A DNA stretch of 63,511 nucleotides, filler included, from Platydemus manokwari (lineage: Eukaryota): the NCBI GenBank assembly GCA_037951405.1. It is 5 parts of 5 records of this genome, joined end to end, with 100 filler letters (N's around TTAATTAATTAA, not from the genome) between each part and the next. Parts side by side here need not be neighbours in the genome. Positions count along the whole stretch, not along the records: positions 23,622 to 34,500 come from JBBMOY011092187.1; positions 34,601 to 43,577 come from JBBMOY011319982.1; 3 more parts are not named here. One strand, given 5' to 3'. This document shows positions 25,733-40,388 of the stretch, in pieces (the first letter of the stretch is position 1; every line of letters starts with the position of its first letter). The translations under genes and the position numbers were made by a program. A model generated the notes under the pieces. It was not told where the DNA came from. It searched no databases and saw only the letters and a list, made by a program, of their open reading frames with translations.

Positions 25733-28091
25733 TTTTCTACATCAAAAATTTTTATTGCCTTGCATGATTCGTATTATACATTTTACTTCCACAACAATTT
25801 CTGATTTTGTTTATGTTTTGAAATTTTTAGCTTTTGAATTGAATACATATCTGATCTATTCTAACAAATGTGATTGCTAATATTTTTATAATTGCCGTAT
25901 TTTTCGTTAATAAACAAGAATTTGCATTCAGATTTTCGTGTTTTGTTATATTATTGTAATTTTGGAGGGAAATGTTAAAAATTATGCCAATAATGTGTCT
26001 GAAATTATTTGTATCAGTCAGTGAGAGAATTATAGGATGGTGGATCTAAATAATTAATCATTAAAGAGATTAGAGAGATTATAATACCAATTTATTTGTG
26101 GATCAATGGTCAGAATTCTCACAACCCTTACAGTTAATCCAGATCATTTTATATGATTCTTAATGGTAAATACTTCAGAATCTTTGCGAATCATTTTCAT
26201 TCAGAATTGAAAGGAATATCATATGCAGATAAATTCCGATCACTATCATATGAAAATCTAAACATCAAAATAACGATACCAACGGTACATTATCCCGAAT
26301 TTTTTGGATCAAATCAAATCTCTTTAGAAAAAAAAGTGTTAACAAGATATCTTAATAAATTTTAATTTAATTATTAGAATTTCGGTAACTCAAAAACTCC
26401 AAATTTAAGTAATCAAACGATAGATCTGCTATGAAAAGTAGTCAAAGATATTTTAAATTACTTTCACTTAAGTTAATGTAAACTAAAAGAAAATTGTATT
26501 TATGTTTCATAAGGAGATTATTCTACCTACGGCTATGATCTTGAATCTAAAATCGATAAATTATAAAATTTTTATTACTAACATTTTATAATTTTATTGG
26601 TCCCTTGATGTCACTATGAATACATGACCAGAAATTCAGTTGATTTATAGTTTTCCATGGATTTTAATAAATATCCGATCTGACTATTTGATTCCAGAAG
26701 ATAAGCCATAATTTTATAATTGTTTTCTTTAGTAATTCGAGGAGGAATGAATGAACTTCATTTCTAATAAATTAACTTATAATTTTATAATTTTTAAGAT
26801 TTTCTCTTCAATGCTCGAATTATAATAAACCAATTTCGAAAACAATTGATTTAATTTTCTCAAAATGTTTTATTCGATTGTTTTTCTATAATTACTAGTC
26901 TAGGTCTTTGTAATTTGATTACCATTACTCCATATTCATCTATTTCTCTGTTTACAACGACAATTAATTATTTCATTTCTAGATTTCATAATATATTCAA
27001 TTATATTTTGATGTTTAATGTTCTGTTTGATAGAACGATAGATGTTGATGCTGCGATATTAAAAACGGATTAAATAAAATCTAGACTATTAAAACCAACT
27101 AAGAAAGAAAACTGTTCTAATCACATCCCAATATCTACGAAATAAAAGGTTGCTAGGTGATATTTTACTTTCTTTGGAGTTGTTATTTTGTAAATCATTT
27201 CTCTTTGATAGGAATTATCAAACAATAAGATTGTGTGTTGCTGTATCCATCCTCGTGCTTTGGTACTGCTATACGGTAACAATACTTCATTGGTGTATAT
27301 GTATTTTTGTGAATCATTTTTTTTAATTAAAAATGCTCAGCAAATCTTTGTAAGGAGTTAAATTTTGAGAAAAAATCAAACACTTTTAAAAAGGGATTCG
27401 TTGAAATTCTTTCAGATATTTATCCCACAATATTCTAACATTTTATAAAAACTGTCACATTACTACAGATGTAGATCAAAGATAATGCGACAATGGTTTT
27501 GTTCACATTCTCTTTATAACGAGAACGAATATTTCTATTTAAGTAACACTGACTCTGATGACGTGATATAAATAAAAATAAACTGAAAAACACATTAAGC
27601 AATTTGTGTCGAAAATACTTACATACTTCCGATGTTCTTTTCAGATTATTTAGGTGATAATCTAACATTACGCTTCACATCAAAGCTCATTATAATTACA
27701 ATAATTTAATTTATAGAAAATTTTAAAGTTAAATGAGCTTAATAATTATAAATGCTTTGTTTCATTTGGTCCGAATTTTATCATGAGCTATGGGTTTCAT
27801 TTGATTAATGAAAGCGATAATAAATATTAGACTATTATTGTTCAAATAATATTCCACTCGATAAAAAATATTTTTTGTCATACAATACGTTTTGTTTCAT
27901 TTTTTTTTATTATTTAATTAAATTTTTCATGTTTTCCTTAATTTAATTAATCATTATCTCAGTTTTCAAATTCGCCTTGTATTTATTTGTGAAATAATTC
28001 TTCTTTTAAATAAATAAGATTCGCCTAACTTCATATTATTATTATTATTATTGTTGGTATTATCAACATTATTATCATCGTTTTTATTATC

Positions 28092-28261
28092 NNNNNNNNN
28101 NNNNNNNNNNNNNNNNNNNNNNNNNNNNNNNNNNNNNNNNNNNNNNNNNNNNNNNNNNNNNNNNNNNNNNNNNNNNNNNNNNNNNNNNNNNNNNNNNNNN
28201 NNNNNNNNNNNNNNNNNNNNNNNNNNNNNNNNNNNNNNNNNNNNNNNNNNNNNNNNNNNNN
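28092..28261. other. assembly gap (170 N, no linker)
   Basis: Run of N flanked by ATT-like sequence. Confidence 0.95.
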
Positions 28262-31200
28262 TATTATTATTGTTTTATAATCGATATCATACTTTTAGTC
28301 AATAAATCGTGTAAATTTAAGTAGAGAAAAGGGAAGTCAAATGTTTATAATAAATAGATCTTATGTAAATTCATTAGAATATATAATTTAAGTTAATTTT
28401 TTAATATCTTTATTTGGGATTTGATTCTGCTACAAAAAATATTTATTTGCGTTGAAATAGCTCTAGTTTTATTATAGGTTGAAGGCAGTTACATATATAT
28501 TGTGATAGTTTGAATGAGTGCATTCAAAAGAAGATGTTGACAAGTTATAATGAAGTTATAAAAAAAATAAAGATGAAATGGAGATGATAAAAAATAGAAA
28601 AGAAATTTTTACAAGGATAAATATCCAGAGAATTTGATGGAGATAATTAAGAATTAAGAGCAAATCAAAAATTTTAAAGAAAAATCTGATCAAAAGTACT
28701 TTATCATAATTTGCGATAAATATTAAATTCGTTATCAAGTCGTATTAAATGAAAACATATCAGTTAACACGATTATTGAAAGAAATCTGTAACAAAAAAT
28801 AATCACACGATTTCCGAAGAAAAATAATTTTGTACTTATTTACAACCTTATATTTGATTTAATTCGATGATTACAACTGGAAAAGGTAATCCATCAAATA
28901 CAAAATGTCAATTTTCATTTAATTTTAAAATTGTGAATTGGAAAAAAATTGTTTTGGTTTGTCAAAGGAAAAAGTTGTTATTTAGATTTATTATTTTTGC
29001 CAAATCAATAAATTGGCGAAAATGTTTTTAGTTTTTCATTTATAAAAACGTATTGGTAAATATTTATGTTTAAATTTTTCAGATGATTTATCAGGACGCT
29101 TTACGAGTATTAGTTGAGACAAGTTGAATTGTGATCAATTAAAATCAATATGAAGTATGTTAGTAGCGGCTACTTCGCTTGTAATTGATGTTTCAACTGA
29201 AGAACTCATTTTCTAAAAATTTATTTAATTCCAAAACTTTATACAATTTTTTTAAACAAATTATAATCCCGGAAAGTTTCGATATCAATCTTAATCAGGT
29301 CTATATATAACAATATTAAATTAACTTTAAATTATCTTATTTTATATAATAAATTTTAAAACACTATTTTTAAAATTTAATAACTTATTTATTATTTAAA
29401 ATAATGATTTTAAAATTAATTTAAAAATTATTTTAAATTATTTTGAAATTTTAAAATTATTATCGTTTAATTAAAATTAATGCTCACAAAGTATATTATT
29501 GATTTTTATGTGATAAAATTATTTAAAATTCATGTTTCACTTATTATCGTCATTGTTGGAATTAAACCCCAATTTAATCGTCCTGTTTGCAGAGATTAAA
29601 AATAACTTTTCTCCCGATGTCCAATTTTGAAAAATTTAATTTGCGATTTCTTCAAATAGAATAAATCTGAACTGATTGGATAATTTGGAATAGATCAGGA
29701 TATTTTTCTAGATTCTTTAGTTAATATTATAGAAAAGTTAGAAGATTAGAAATTAAAAAAATCACGAACCGATTTATTGATAAGGTCTATTGATGTTATT
29801 ATCTACATCAGGACTAATAAGATTACATTTGAATTATGGTAACAATCTGAAAATTAATTGTTTTCATGTCTTTTTTTATTTAAATTTTTATTTTTTTCTT
29901 CACTTCAAAAACTAAAATCAAAAACTTTAAAACATTCGTTTATTTTAAAAGTAGATCTAGGCCGATTTGTTGAGTATATCTGACATAGAGTACAATTACT
30001 CGATGATTTACTTAAAATAATAAAATAATAAAAGTTTAATGTTAGTTAAAACAGTCATGGACGGAACAAGCCCATGACAAAAGTTATGTTAATAAGAAAG
30101 GCAACTAGACCGCACAAAATACCTGAAATGAGTGCGAGAGCTTACTCCTGACGGACAAATATTATCGCAAATATTATTACTATATTTTACACCTTTACAA
30201 TTCTTGAAGCGTGCAATGGATTATGTGCTTACCATACTGTGGAAAAAAGTAAATTATATCTTCTCCGGTTTTGGTTTATATTTTTTCTAGATTCTGGAAT
30301 GTCTAAGGGATCATATTTTCTGATAAATCTTGAATTCCTCTTCGAATTTTCTTGTTGCGTTCAGTGGTCGGTTTTTCACAAAATTCTATTAATGAGGATC
30401 TTCATCTGATTGCTGTTTATCTGCGATTTATCTGCACCATTCTGTAGTAAAATATCACCCTTCTCGATAAAAATTATTTCAAATGTCGAATATCAAAGTA
30501 TTCAACAATTTCCTTGATTGGTATGCGGGTAAATAATTATTTCACTCTTTTGTGGAATTTATTTATCATAAATTTTGTATTTTTTTAATCAATCAGTGAT
30601 ATTTAATAATTTTTATTTTTATTTTTTATATTTGGTTTATCCTCATATTGAATATTTTAGTAATATTGGGCTCTTCGAATTTTTAACATCGATGTATTTA
30701 ATGGTTTGCGTTTTAATAATTTTAGACACTCTGATAAGTGACAGCACTGTATAACAAAATATTTGTATTTCAAAATAAAATTCGCCAACGCAATTAAAAT
30801 ATCAAGGGTAACGTAATCAATAAAATTTTCATACCTATAAATGAACTTTAAAGCTTTTTTAAAATTAACGAAATTACCTGTAAATTTTTAAGAAAAAAAA
30901 TAAAATTTCCTTGAAGAGAGATGAATTTTCAACAGTATATCATCGTCAATTTTTACCAAGTTGGTAAATCTTTTTGCTTGTTATTGTTAATATATTATGT
31001 TTAGATTTTTTATTTAATGGAATCATTATTATTTAAAAAATCATTATCTAAGCTAATTGATCAATACTAATGTAATTATTTTTAAATCAATTTCTAACAT
31101 ATTTGATACTTAATCCGAAATTTAAAAATGATATCATTCTTAGTCACTGCGTCATTCAGGATAAATAGATAAGAAAGTGATGTAAATATTGTAGGCCACT

Positions 31201-31739
31201 ACTATTTAACAAAGCACACAAAATTATATCTAATCGAATTATTTAAACAAATTAAATCAATCTTTTACATTGTGAGAATTTTAAAATTATTTCAAAATTT
31301 AAAGATTTAATTAAGATTTTGGCTGAAGTTAAAAAAGGATTCTAAAATAAAATTTCAAATTTGTGGAGTGTATTGCAAAGATTTATAAAGTTTATTTAAT
31401 TATTTTGTTTAAAAACGCTTTGAGTTTTTTATTTAAGTTCTTGAAAACAATTTTAGTTGTTCATAAAATCTAGTAAAAATTAATTATTTGAAAAAGGGTC
31501 AAAGTAGGTCAAAATGCCTTTAATTGAAAATAAGTGAGAAGCCTTTTTTAAACATTAGAATCAAATGGAACTATAACTAGGTTTTTAGAGTTGTTTTATA
31601 AAATCAAATGACTTGGAATTCATTGATGAGTGTCAGAAACTAGATACTTGTCTTTTATCTCAAAATAAGTGTATTAATATCTATTTAATAGATTGGATAC
31701 ATACACCTGTCGATACTGTAATGAACTGAAAATTTTTTC

Positions 31740-32215
31740 CAAATCAAATAAATCGTACAGATGGAGATGCCACAGATATATAAAAAGTTTAGGAATTTGA
31801 ATAGGAACTGGGTTCAACAATTCGGTCTTGTCCCTTTCCGGCATTCTGGATTATTTATTTTTGATGCACAGGGGTCACACAAAAAGTACATAGGAAAAAT
31901 GACCTCCATAAGCAAACCAACTACTAGCAAATTGTGACAATTTTTATTAAAATAAAACTATGAATTTAAAATTATTTACCAAGGCACAAAATTTGTAGAC
32001 TTCGCACCCATGATTAAAAATATTGGCAGAGAAAAATAATTGGAGGCCGAAATATGGTTGTAGAAATCGATGAGACCTATTTTGAAGGGACTAAATATAA
32101 TAGCGGACTCGAAGACATGGTTTTTGAGTTGATGACAAACTGGAGAGATACAGTAAGAAAGAATTACTTCTTATTTCTAGTCTTCAACCGAAGTGCATCG
32201 ACTCTAAAAGCCGTA
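31740..32215 (+). mobile_element. decayed Merlin (ISXO2/IS1016-like DDE) transposase
   Basis: IGGRNMVVEIDETYFEGTKYNSG...MVF...LVFNRSASTL (32039-32205) matches the Merlin pattern IGG.G..VEIDES.F...KYNRG...WVFG...V.DRS..TL. Upstream YRWRC and I*IGTGFNNSVL resemble WRC...SIR.GT.F..S.L. Interrupted by stops and frameshifts; boundaries approximate. Confidence 0.8.
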
Positions 32216-32508
32216 AATACAAGTCACACAGAAATTTTATATTTAAAATGTTACTTTTATTTAATTGTAGGTTTGTTAAACAATGATTAATAATACATAA
32301 GGATTGTTTGAGTAGTTTTTTCCTTTATCATCTAAAATTGAATTTTGAGAAAAAATGTAGAGATGTAGAGAAGACTTTAAAAAGATAGAAGAATTAGAGA
32401 TTTTTATGGATAAATATGCAGGATATTCGAAACGAAGTCAAATGAGAATACAACGAAAATCAAGGATTTTCAAGAAAGGGGAATGTGAGGATTTTTAATT
32501 GATTTAAA

Positions 32509-32644
32509 TTTTTAAAGATGTAATTAAAATTTTATATAAAATAATAACAATTTATTTATATAATTGATTTTAAAAATATAATTTAGAGTCGCGACTTTTC
32601 GGTTCGCTTTCAATGCGTGTTTTCAAAAATAGTAGCGGCTTACA
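32509..32644 (+). mobile_element. dispersed repeat end, copy 3 (terminates ...GCGGCTTACA)
   Basis: GACTTTTCGGTTCGCTTTCAATGCGTGTTTTCAAAAATAGTAGCGGCTTACA aligns with 21226-21360 and 8203-8357. Confidence 0.75.
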
Positions 32645-34500
32645 TATATTTCAAATATAAATTCCTCGTTAATATTAAAAGAGCTGATTTGTTTTTCTTT
32701 ATTTTGGTAAATGGAAGGATATCAATTTGAAAAAAAAATACACTGTTTATTTAATTCGATAATCTAATAAAACCTGATTGTACTGAATAAGATAATGAAA
32801 CCAACATTGTTTTGAAAACAAAGCTAATGATAAAATGGAATATTTTTTTATTATGTCTTACATTGTTGTCCATTCAATAAAAATGTCAGTCGAAAATGAT
32901 CGTGCATGATAAATATTGCAAATATAAGTGAAACTTTGAGATCAATTATTATTTGTAAAATTCCAAACTACTTTTCTCTCACTTATCTTTCAAATCAAAC
33001 TGTCCAAGGAATTATTTTCAGTTTTTCTTTGAAATAAATAGATACACAAAAATAGTTTTATTTTCAGTGGAAAGTTTTCTTGCTTTTGTTTCCATCATCA
33101 AAACGAATAAAAAAACGAAAAAATTCTATTATAAAATAAACTGCTAGCAGGAATACAAAAAGCGAATGAAATGAATGAGAGATAATTTATTCAATCTTTC
33201 TGACATAACACATCATCTGTTAAACGAGATTAATTTATCTGTTCCTTTTAAATTTAAATACAAATCTCTCCTGTCATATCATTCGAGTAGTGAGTTCATT
33301 CAAAAATTTAATCGAGATACTTGGTGAAGTTGAGCTGCGTTGGATGGGTTTTTGTTCGGTTGAATTTGTTTTTTATATATTCGCTTTCTCTGTTCCATTT
33401 ATTTTGATTTCAGTGTTTATCTGTGGAAAATAGTCATCTAATGTCATCTATAGTAGCAGTGATTAAACCCGAATTTTAGGTGGTTTTCAAAAGTGTTTAT
33501 TAGTAATTTCCAGCCATCTTTGTCAGTAGTATATTAAGCAAAATTATTATATTTCATTGTTTTGTTATTTTCTCGTTGCATTGTGTTTAAATTCTCATTC
33601 GTCTATGAATGTAATTTTCAGGAATAGCTTAAATTGGTGGGATTTGTCGTTTTTGTTTGTCGGTTTCTCTCGATTGTAAAATACATTTTTCTTCATCATT
33701 CTCATATGCGGAACAAATTAATTTTTGTTTTACTGTGTTTCCTACTTGAGCTTTGTTGTCGTTGTTTCTGCTGTGATTCTTGCTGTCATGAAGATAAATC
33801 AATGAATGATATCCTCGTTGTATTTGTTGATTTTTAGAAATGAAATAAATTGAAAAAATAATGGAAAAGAGATTGATTAATCTCGTGTTATCAAACCCAT
33901 CCGATGAACGAGTCGAGCAAATATCGTTCATTAGATTGTAAATATTTTCGTTGAAATTCATTTTTAATGGGCTTAATGTTTTGATTTTTTGTTTAAAAAT
34001 TGAGATCGAAAATTTAACGATTAATAACCGGGAATCATGATGATGATATTATAGTAGGTATTAGACCAGGAATCGCGTATTATTTTTTAAGATTAGGAAG
34101 TATATCGATTAAATCACGGAATGTATTCAATCAGATCCAATTAACAAATTAATTTTCTACTCTCAATATTTGAAAATAATAAATTATATTTTTCTATTTT
34201 GTATTTCCACAAATTATAAATATAATTTATTATTTTATAATATTATCAAAATTATTAATAAAATTTTTAATTTATTTTAATTTTTGGAATAAATAAAATT
34301 ATCAATGAAATATATTTAGTAATAATTATTATTTATTTTAATCAATAATATATAATAAATAAATATTAATAATTATTTTGAATTATAAATTATTCACCAT
34401 CTTTTATAATTAATTATAGTACTATTTTATATTGATTTTATTTTAGATAATTATTTTAACAATATAATTAAAATGATGACATCACCATTCACAAAAATTA

Positions 34501-34600
34501 NNNNNNNNNNNNNNNNNNNNNNNNNNNNNNNNNNNNNNNNNNNNTTAATTAATTAANNNNNNNNNNNNNNNNNNNNNNNNNNNNNNNNNNNNNNNNNNNN
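34501..34600. other. assembly gap with artificial TTAATTAATTAA linker
   Basis: 44 N + 12 nt linker + 44 N. Confidence 0.95.
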
Positions 34601-37600
34601 TATTTTCAATAATTTAAAGATTTTTAAATAAGTAATTTTTTGATAAATAATTAAAAAAAATTAATATTTAATTAATTTAATATTCACATTTATATAAAAT
34701 AAAGAGACAAAAATATTTTTACATTTTTCATAAATCGTTTGAAATTTTGAAATTTTGTTTGCAAAATTATTTTTAATGCTTTTACAAATAATTATATTTA
34801 ATGTCTATCTATTAACTATTGTGTATCTTTCAATTTAATAGAATTGATGTTATTTATTTCTCGTATTTCTTATCGTTATTATTAAAAAAATAATTGTGTC
34901 GCATCCGTGAAAGAAAATAATTCATTATTACAATATGGTTTTCTCCATTCTCTTAAATTTGGAATCGACTTCGTTTGAGTTCTTACTATGGATAAATTTA
35001 AATCTGAATTAGCAAAAAACGATCACAAACAACTATTTCCGATATTTTGTCTTTAATTAGAAGTAGAAATCTCAGGAAATTATTTTTCATAAAATTTACT
35101 ATTGCAGATAAATAATTATTATTATTTGAGTTAAATTATTTATTTAATTATTTTAGAAGAATGTAAAGAAAAAAATGATGGATTTAATATATTAAGTATA
35201 GGTATGGAACAAGTAGTTCACCAATGGATTAGTTTCGTAGTTCTTTCTATCAATATAGAATTGAGTGAAAATTGCTTGAATCGATTATTCTATTATAACT
35301 AACGTCACTAGCACTTGCCTCTGTGATGTAGGTGTCTGATTGGGTGGTATCTTCATTCTATATCAATGTCTCCACCACAGCGTTAATTAACGGTTTTAGT
35401 TTAAAATAAAAAATATTGCTCCAATATTTACCAGCATTAGTCAAATTTGAGTTTCTTTCACCAACATTATGACAATTTTTGCCTTTGGATTAAGCAATAG
35501 TCCGTGATTGGGTTCACTATTAACAATAACTGCACTTCTAGGACTACTTATTAATTAGAATCCCAGTTAATAACCAAAAGCATTAAATACAACTTAAAGA
35601 ACCTGTCCCCGATTCTTCCCAATATTAATTATGCTGAAAGGTTTTATTTCCAAGCATCAATTTAAAAGTATGCAAGAAACATAGTTCAATTAAACTAGTG
35701 AAGAATTATACTTGTGAAGAAATTTACCTTTGATAAATGATTATGTATTAGTTATCATTTGTTTGGTTTCATTATTGTTTATTCCTTTCATTTGTAACTG
35801 AAACAAATTCTTTTATCATATACAGATCATGAATATAATCCAGTTATAAAAATGTTTACTTCTTCATCTAGGCTATCTTTAGCACTTTCGCATAATAAAT
35901 ACACAAAATAAACACTTTAAATCAAATATTTGAAATTATTATATAGCGTAGACATGTGTAGACAAAACATTCACCCTGTGGTAAAAAAAATTGTAAAGTA
36001 GTAGTTTAACTAGATTCCAATGACCTTTAGTCACTAATAAGATGTTCTGTTTCAACAAACAATTTTCAAAGTATGTATTAATTGTTTTCAATTCACTTGA
36101 TCAAGTTATATTATCTTTCAATTGAAAATCTTATAAAAATAGGTCACTAGTCTTAGTTTATTCTTTTTTCCCAAATAATTTATATTATACAAAAGATGTA
36201 ATACATATTTTTTACTATACCAAAATTAAATGATATTTTTTTCAAATTTTCTAATTTTATATATTTTGGAAGTTACGATTTTCTTATTTTAAATGATTTG
36301 ATTATTCAAATTATGAAAGTAAAATTTTTCAAAGATTAGTAATGTCAATTATTAGTTTGACTCATTTATGCGTATATCATTGCTTGTAAAAAATTTTCTG
36401 ATTTACTAGGCATGTTCATCATGCAATTTTTTCAACAAATCCAATGATTTGCGTGAATAAGCAATCCATTTAACTAATGCACTTTTTTGATAGACAAGAT
36501 TCTTTTGGATAGTATTTTTTTATTGTATGTAAAATTTTAAAATTAAAGATGACAAAATTATTTCTCAACTTATTTTATTTGATGCATGAATATTTTATTT
36601 AATAATCTTTTATTTGTTTATTATATTCGAAATTTCCGATTAGCATTTTTGCTAGTTTAAATAGTATTTAAATAACATTTAAATTTCTTTGTTAATTCAA
36701 GTATGGTTAGAATCTGTATGAATACTAGACAATGAACCCAAATTTAAATTTTAATTCTTAATTCTTAATTATCCTGAGACATTAGTAAAATAATTATAAA
36801 CCAACATAATCTTCAGTAAACTTAATAAAATATTAAAACTAAAACAATTGTGCAATCCAAAGTTAATATTAACCTTAATTATATTGAATAAACAATATTT
36901 GGAAATCAACTTTCACCCATAAATTTATTTTTAATTAGAAATTACAATTCTAACCAGAAACGGATCTGTGAAAAATAAAACATTTAATACGCACTTTCTT
37001 TACATAATTAAAACATTTGATCCCAAATTGAGACCTGTGGATTAGATCCTGTCCATTTTTACATAATTTGTGAATTGATTAATTAAAGTTTGAGGTCATC
37101 TAATTTAAATATTCGCCATAAAATCTTAAATTAAGCATACTTTCTCAAATATTTTATTAAATAAAAATACAATTAAAGGTTGCCTTTAATACATATCAAA
37201 TCATATTTAAATTAACATTAATAAAAAGAAAAGAACCGAACTAAAAAATTAAGACTTCAAAAACGAGCACAACTCTTAAACCATAATTCAACATTTGTCA
37301 ATTAACTCAATTAAATATTCACTTTCCATTGAATTATTTATCTCACTTGATTAATTGAAAAACATGGGCATTTTTAAATGAAGTAATTTTTGGTAATAAA
37401 TCTTGTAAATACGATTTCTTTATTAATTTTTAAATAAATACCTCTTGGCAATTTTAAACACATTTCTTTTAATTTCCGTAATTTAAATAAATATTCATAC
37501 ATTATTTCAAGTAAATATTTTTTCAGAAATATAACTCAAATATCCTTATGTTTTTTTAATGATTATTTTATTTTAATTATCACAAATCATTTTATTTTAT

Positions 37601-37639
37601 AATTTTTCGACCTTGAAAGACAATTATTGAACAAAATAT

Positions 37640-40388
37640 TTATCGTACATCTTCTTTTTGGATTTTATTAGTCTGACCACGAAGTAATTCTCTGAGAATT
37701 CTGTTTTCTTCTTCTTTATCAGCGATTTCTCTTTGGGCTTTGAGATATTTTGATTCTGCTTCAGTTACTAAACGTCGCATCGCTTCAAGTTCATTGGGAG
37801 TCTAAAGTATTTTAATGAATTTTTCAATTTTTACTTTAAGTCCTTTTACTTTTTTATTTTGCACGGTTTGGACTGCCTTTGTTCCCATTCTAATGGATTT
37901 AGTCGGTGATAATTTGAATGTTCCAATTGAATTTTGTGGAAGTGTTTCGATTGGAGGCGGTGGTGGATAATTTATAACCGGTGAGGAATCCTTTGATGAG
38001 TAATCTCCATTCATATATGAATCCTTGTGAATATTATTCGTCATCGGAGAACTTATCATAGAACTAGGTATAGAGAAAGAATCTTTTTCCATTCCAATTG
38101 TGTCTTCAACAGAATCAAAACAAAACTGGTATTCCATTTGAAATTCCGGATCTAAATCAATGTCTATTTGTGGAGCTTGTTCTGGACTAATTAAATGACT
38201 CTCAGCTTTCTCAACCAAGCATTTCCAAAGATGATTTATCTATGCAAAATAAGCCTCCATTAAATTTAATAATCTAAAAATAATAATAATTATTATTATA
38301 TAAATATTTTCCTATAATGAAATGAAAAAATAAAGAAGTATCAGATTTATTCTAATCTATAAAATGCTACAATTGCAATACCTCATCCACATTTATAGTG
38401 TGCCGGGAATTGGTCGGATTGGAATCCTTCTTTTCAATAATTGGAGTTTCGATTGCTACAGGCATTGATTTTTTTCTTAATGTATTATTGCAGTTGTATT
38501 TCATATCAGCTGTGTGCCCCTGACTTGAATATCGGGTGAATGTATCTTCCTTTTGAAAGGTTTTCATTTTATTATCGTCTTGTGAGAATTCATCAATGGC
38601 ATTATCTGCGAGTAATTTACAATTTCTTGAAAGAAGTTCTGCCATTTCAGTAGTAGTGTTGGGATTAATATTTGGAGTAAGATATGTTTTCAATTCTTGT
38701 AGAATCGGAATCAAAGGTTTTAATCCTTGTGGTAAATTCTAAATCGCAAATATATTCGTATAATATTTATAGCCTTTCATTTTATAGCAAACCTTGTCAA
38801 CAGAAGCGGAAAGAAATATCTCCAAATAATACATGTGCGAGACCGCCAATTCGTAACCGATATCAATATACTGATGCCATTTCGAGCTTGTATATTTATT
38901 GGGTGGTGTCTGAAATTCATGGATAGGTTCGGTGGAAATCTCTCTAAGAAAGTTGATCATCTTATTTCTTTCACTGGCTAAAGATTCATGAATCGGAATC
39001 ATAAATGGTTCTTTCAATGATGGGGCATCATTGGAAGAATCTGTTTGATTGGCTAAGGTTTGCAAAGATTTTGATATGAGAGTAAAATTTCTGATAATTC
39101 TTGGGTCTTGAGGATATTCTTGAATTAGTTGATATAAATATGGATTTAGGATTGCAGGACAAATGAATCGTAGAAAAACACAACCACTTAGTAATTGATC
39201 AGCAAATTCGGGAGTGTGATTTTTTTCTAAATTGTAGCGAAGAGAAGAAAACACCCTTTTTAATTCACTGTTAAAAATTAAATAAAATGAGAACAATAAT
39301 TTTTAAAGACAATTTTTAAATTTTATTACACTATGCAAATGGCTTACATTGGCATTTGATTGATGCTGGAAGAGATTTTATTCCACAATGAATGTACCAT
39401 ACTACACAGTTGGACTTGTGTAAGTTTTAGTAAAGACTTATCTTCCAATCTATTTGGATCTACCTCGAGAGAAGATGGATAAAAAAGAACTTTCATAGCG
39501 AATTCACCAAGAATCGCTTTAAGATAATCCATCCCAATAAGTTTCATATAACTTTCCATTGCCTTTGATCCAATGGTATTTGAGCGTAAAGCAATCGATT
39601 GTGGATCATCTACAGAAAAAGAATGTAGGACGAATCAATTAGTACTGATTCTCACTGGCTGATTCTATTTTGGAACAAATCGAATTGGTAATGAATTGAG
39701 GAGCGTTGTTCACGAGCTCATGAATTGAAATGAGAGAAGAAGCTATTTCTTCTAGTCTTCTACCCGATAACTTATTATCCAAATATTGCACCAAGCTTTG
39801 ATAATGATCGAGAATGAACTAAAACCATTTCAATTTGATTCATTAATTTAAAATCATTAGGAAATACTTCTCGTAGTTGATTATAGCAATTCAATGGCAA
39901 TATCTCAATACATTGATATTTGGCGCTAATACATATCTTAAGGCTTTCACCTTCCTTTTTCGATCTGAGATATCGCATGAAACTTGATCTAGTATATGCC
40001 GAGCAATTTTCCCTTGGTAATGAATAATATTCACCATCAACTCGGGGTAGATCAGAATCACTTCCTTCACTTCGATATAATCGCTTAGACTTGCCTTGGA
40101 TATCATTCTGTTTGGATTCAAAAGGTAAGCAAAAACTAATGTCATTGGCCTGTTCCAAAGGAACACTGGAATTTTTTTGCATAGTTAATTTTTTCTTAAC
40201 CTCATTTCGTTCATAGAGTTCCTCGATGGGTAAAGTGACAAAAGCTAAGATATTCAAATTACATGTGATCATCCTTTCTAATAGTCAACCAACCTATTTT
40301 TTGTCTAATATTTTTTCTTTTACCTCCTTTACCCTCCACCATTTCCTTGTAAAGATTGATTGTTACAGACGTCACAGGAGAAAGATTA
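37640..40388 (-). CDS. Ras GTPase-activating protein of the SynGAP/DAB2IP/RASAL2 family (partial C2, RasGAP, Pro-rich linker, C-terminal coiled coil); 5' exons not found
   Basis: Exons 40388-40294, 40244-39868, 39818-39656, 39609-39348, 39267-38793, 38738-38382, 38239-37850 and 37801-37640 splice in frame (GT..AG). C2 segment NLSPVTSVTINLYKE...AKYQCIEILPL; arginine-finger region LRSNTIGSKAMESYMKLIG; RasGAP signature FLRFICPAILNPYLYQLIQEYP..TLISKSLQTLAN; YIDIGYELA; PPPPP; final helix ELEAMRRLVTEAESKYLKAQREIADKEEENRILRELL. Confidence 0.93.

Noticed and set aside
33629-33961. Overlapping ORFs 33629-33961 (-) and 33634-33837 (+)
   Set aside because: Low-complexity translations of T-rich non-coding DNA; no motif or splice support.
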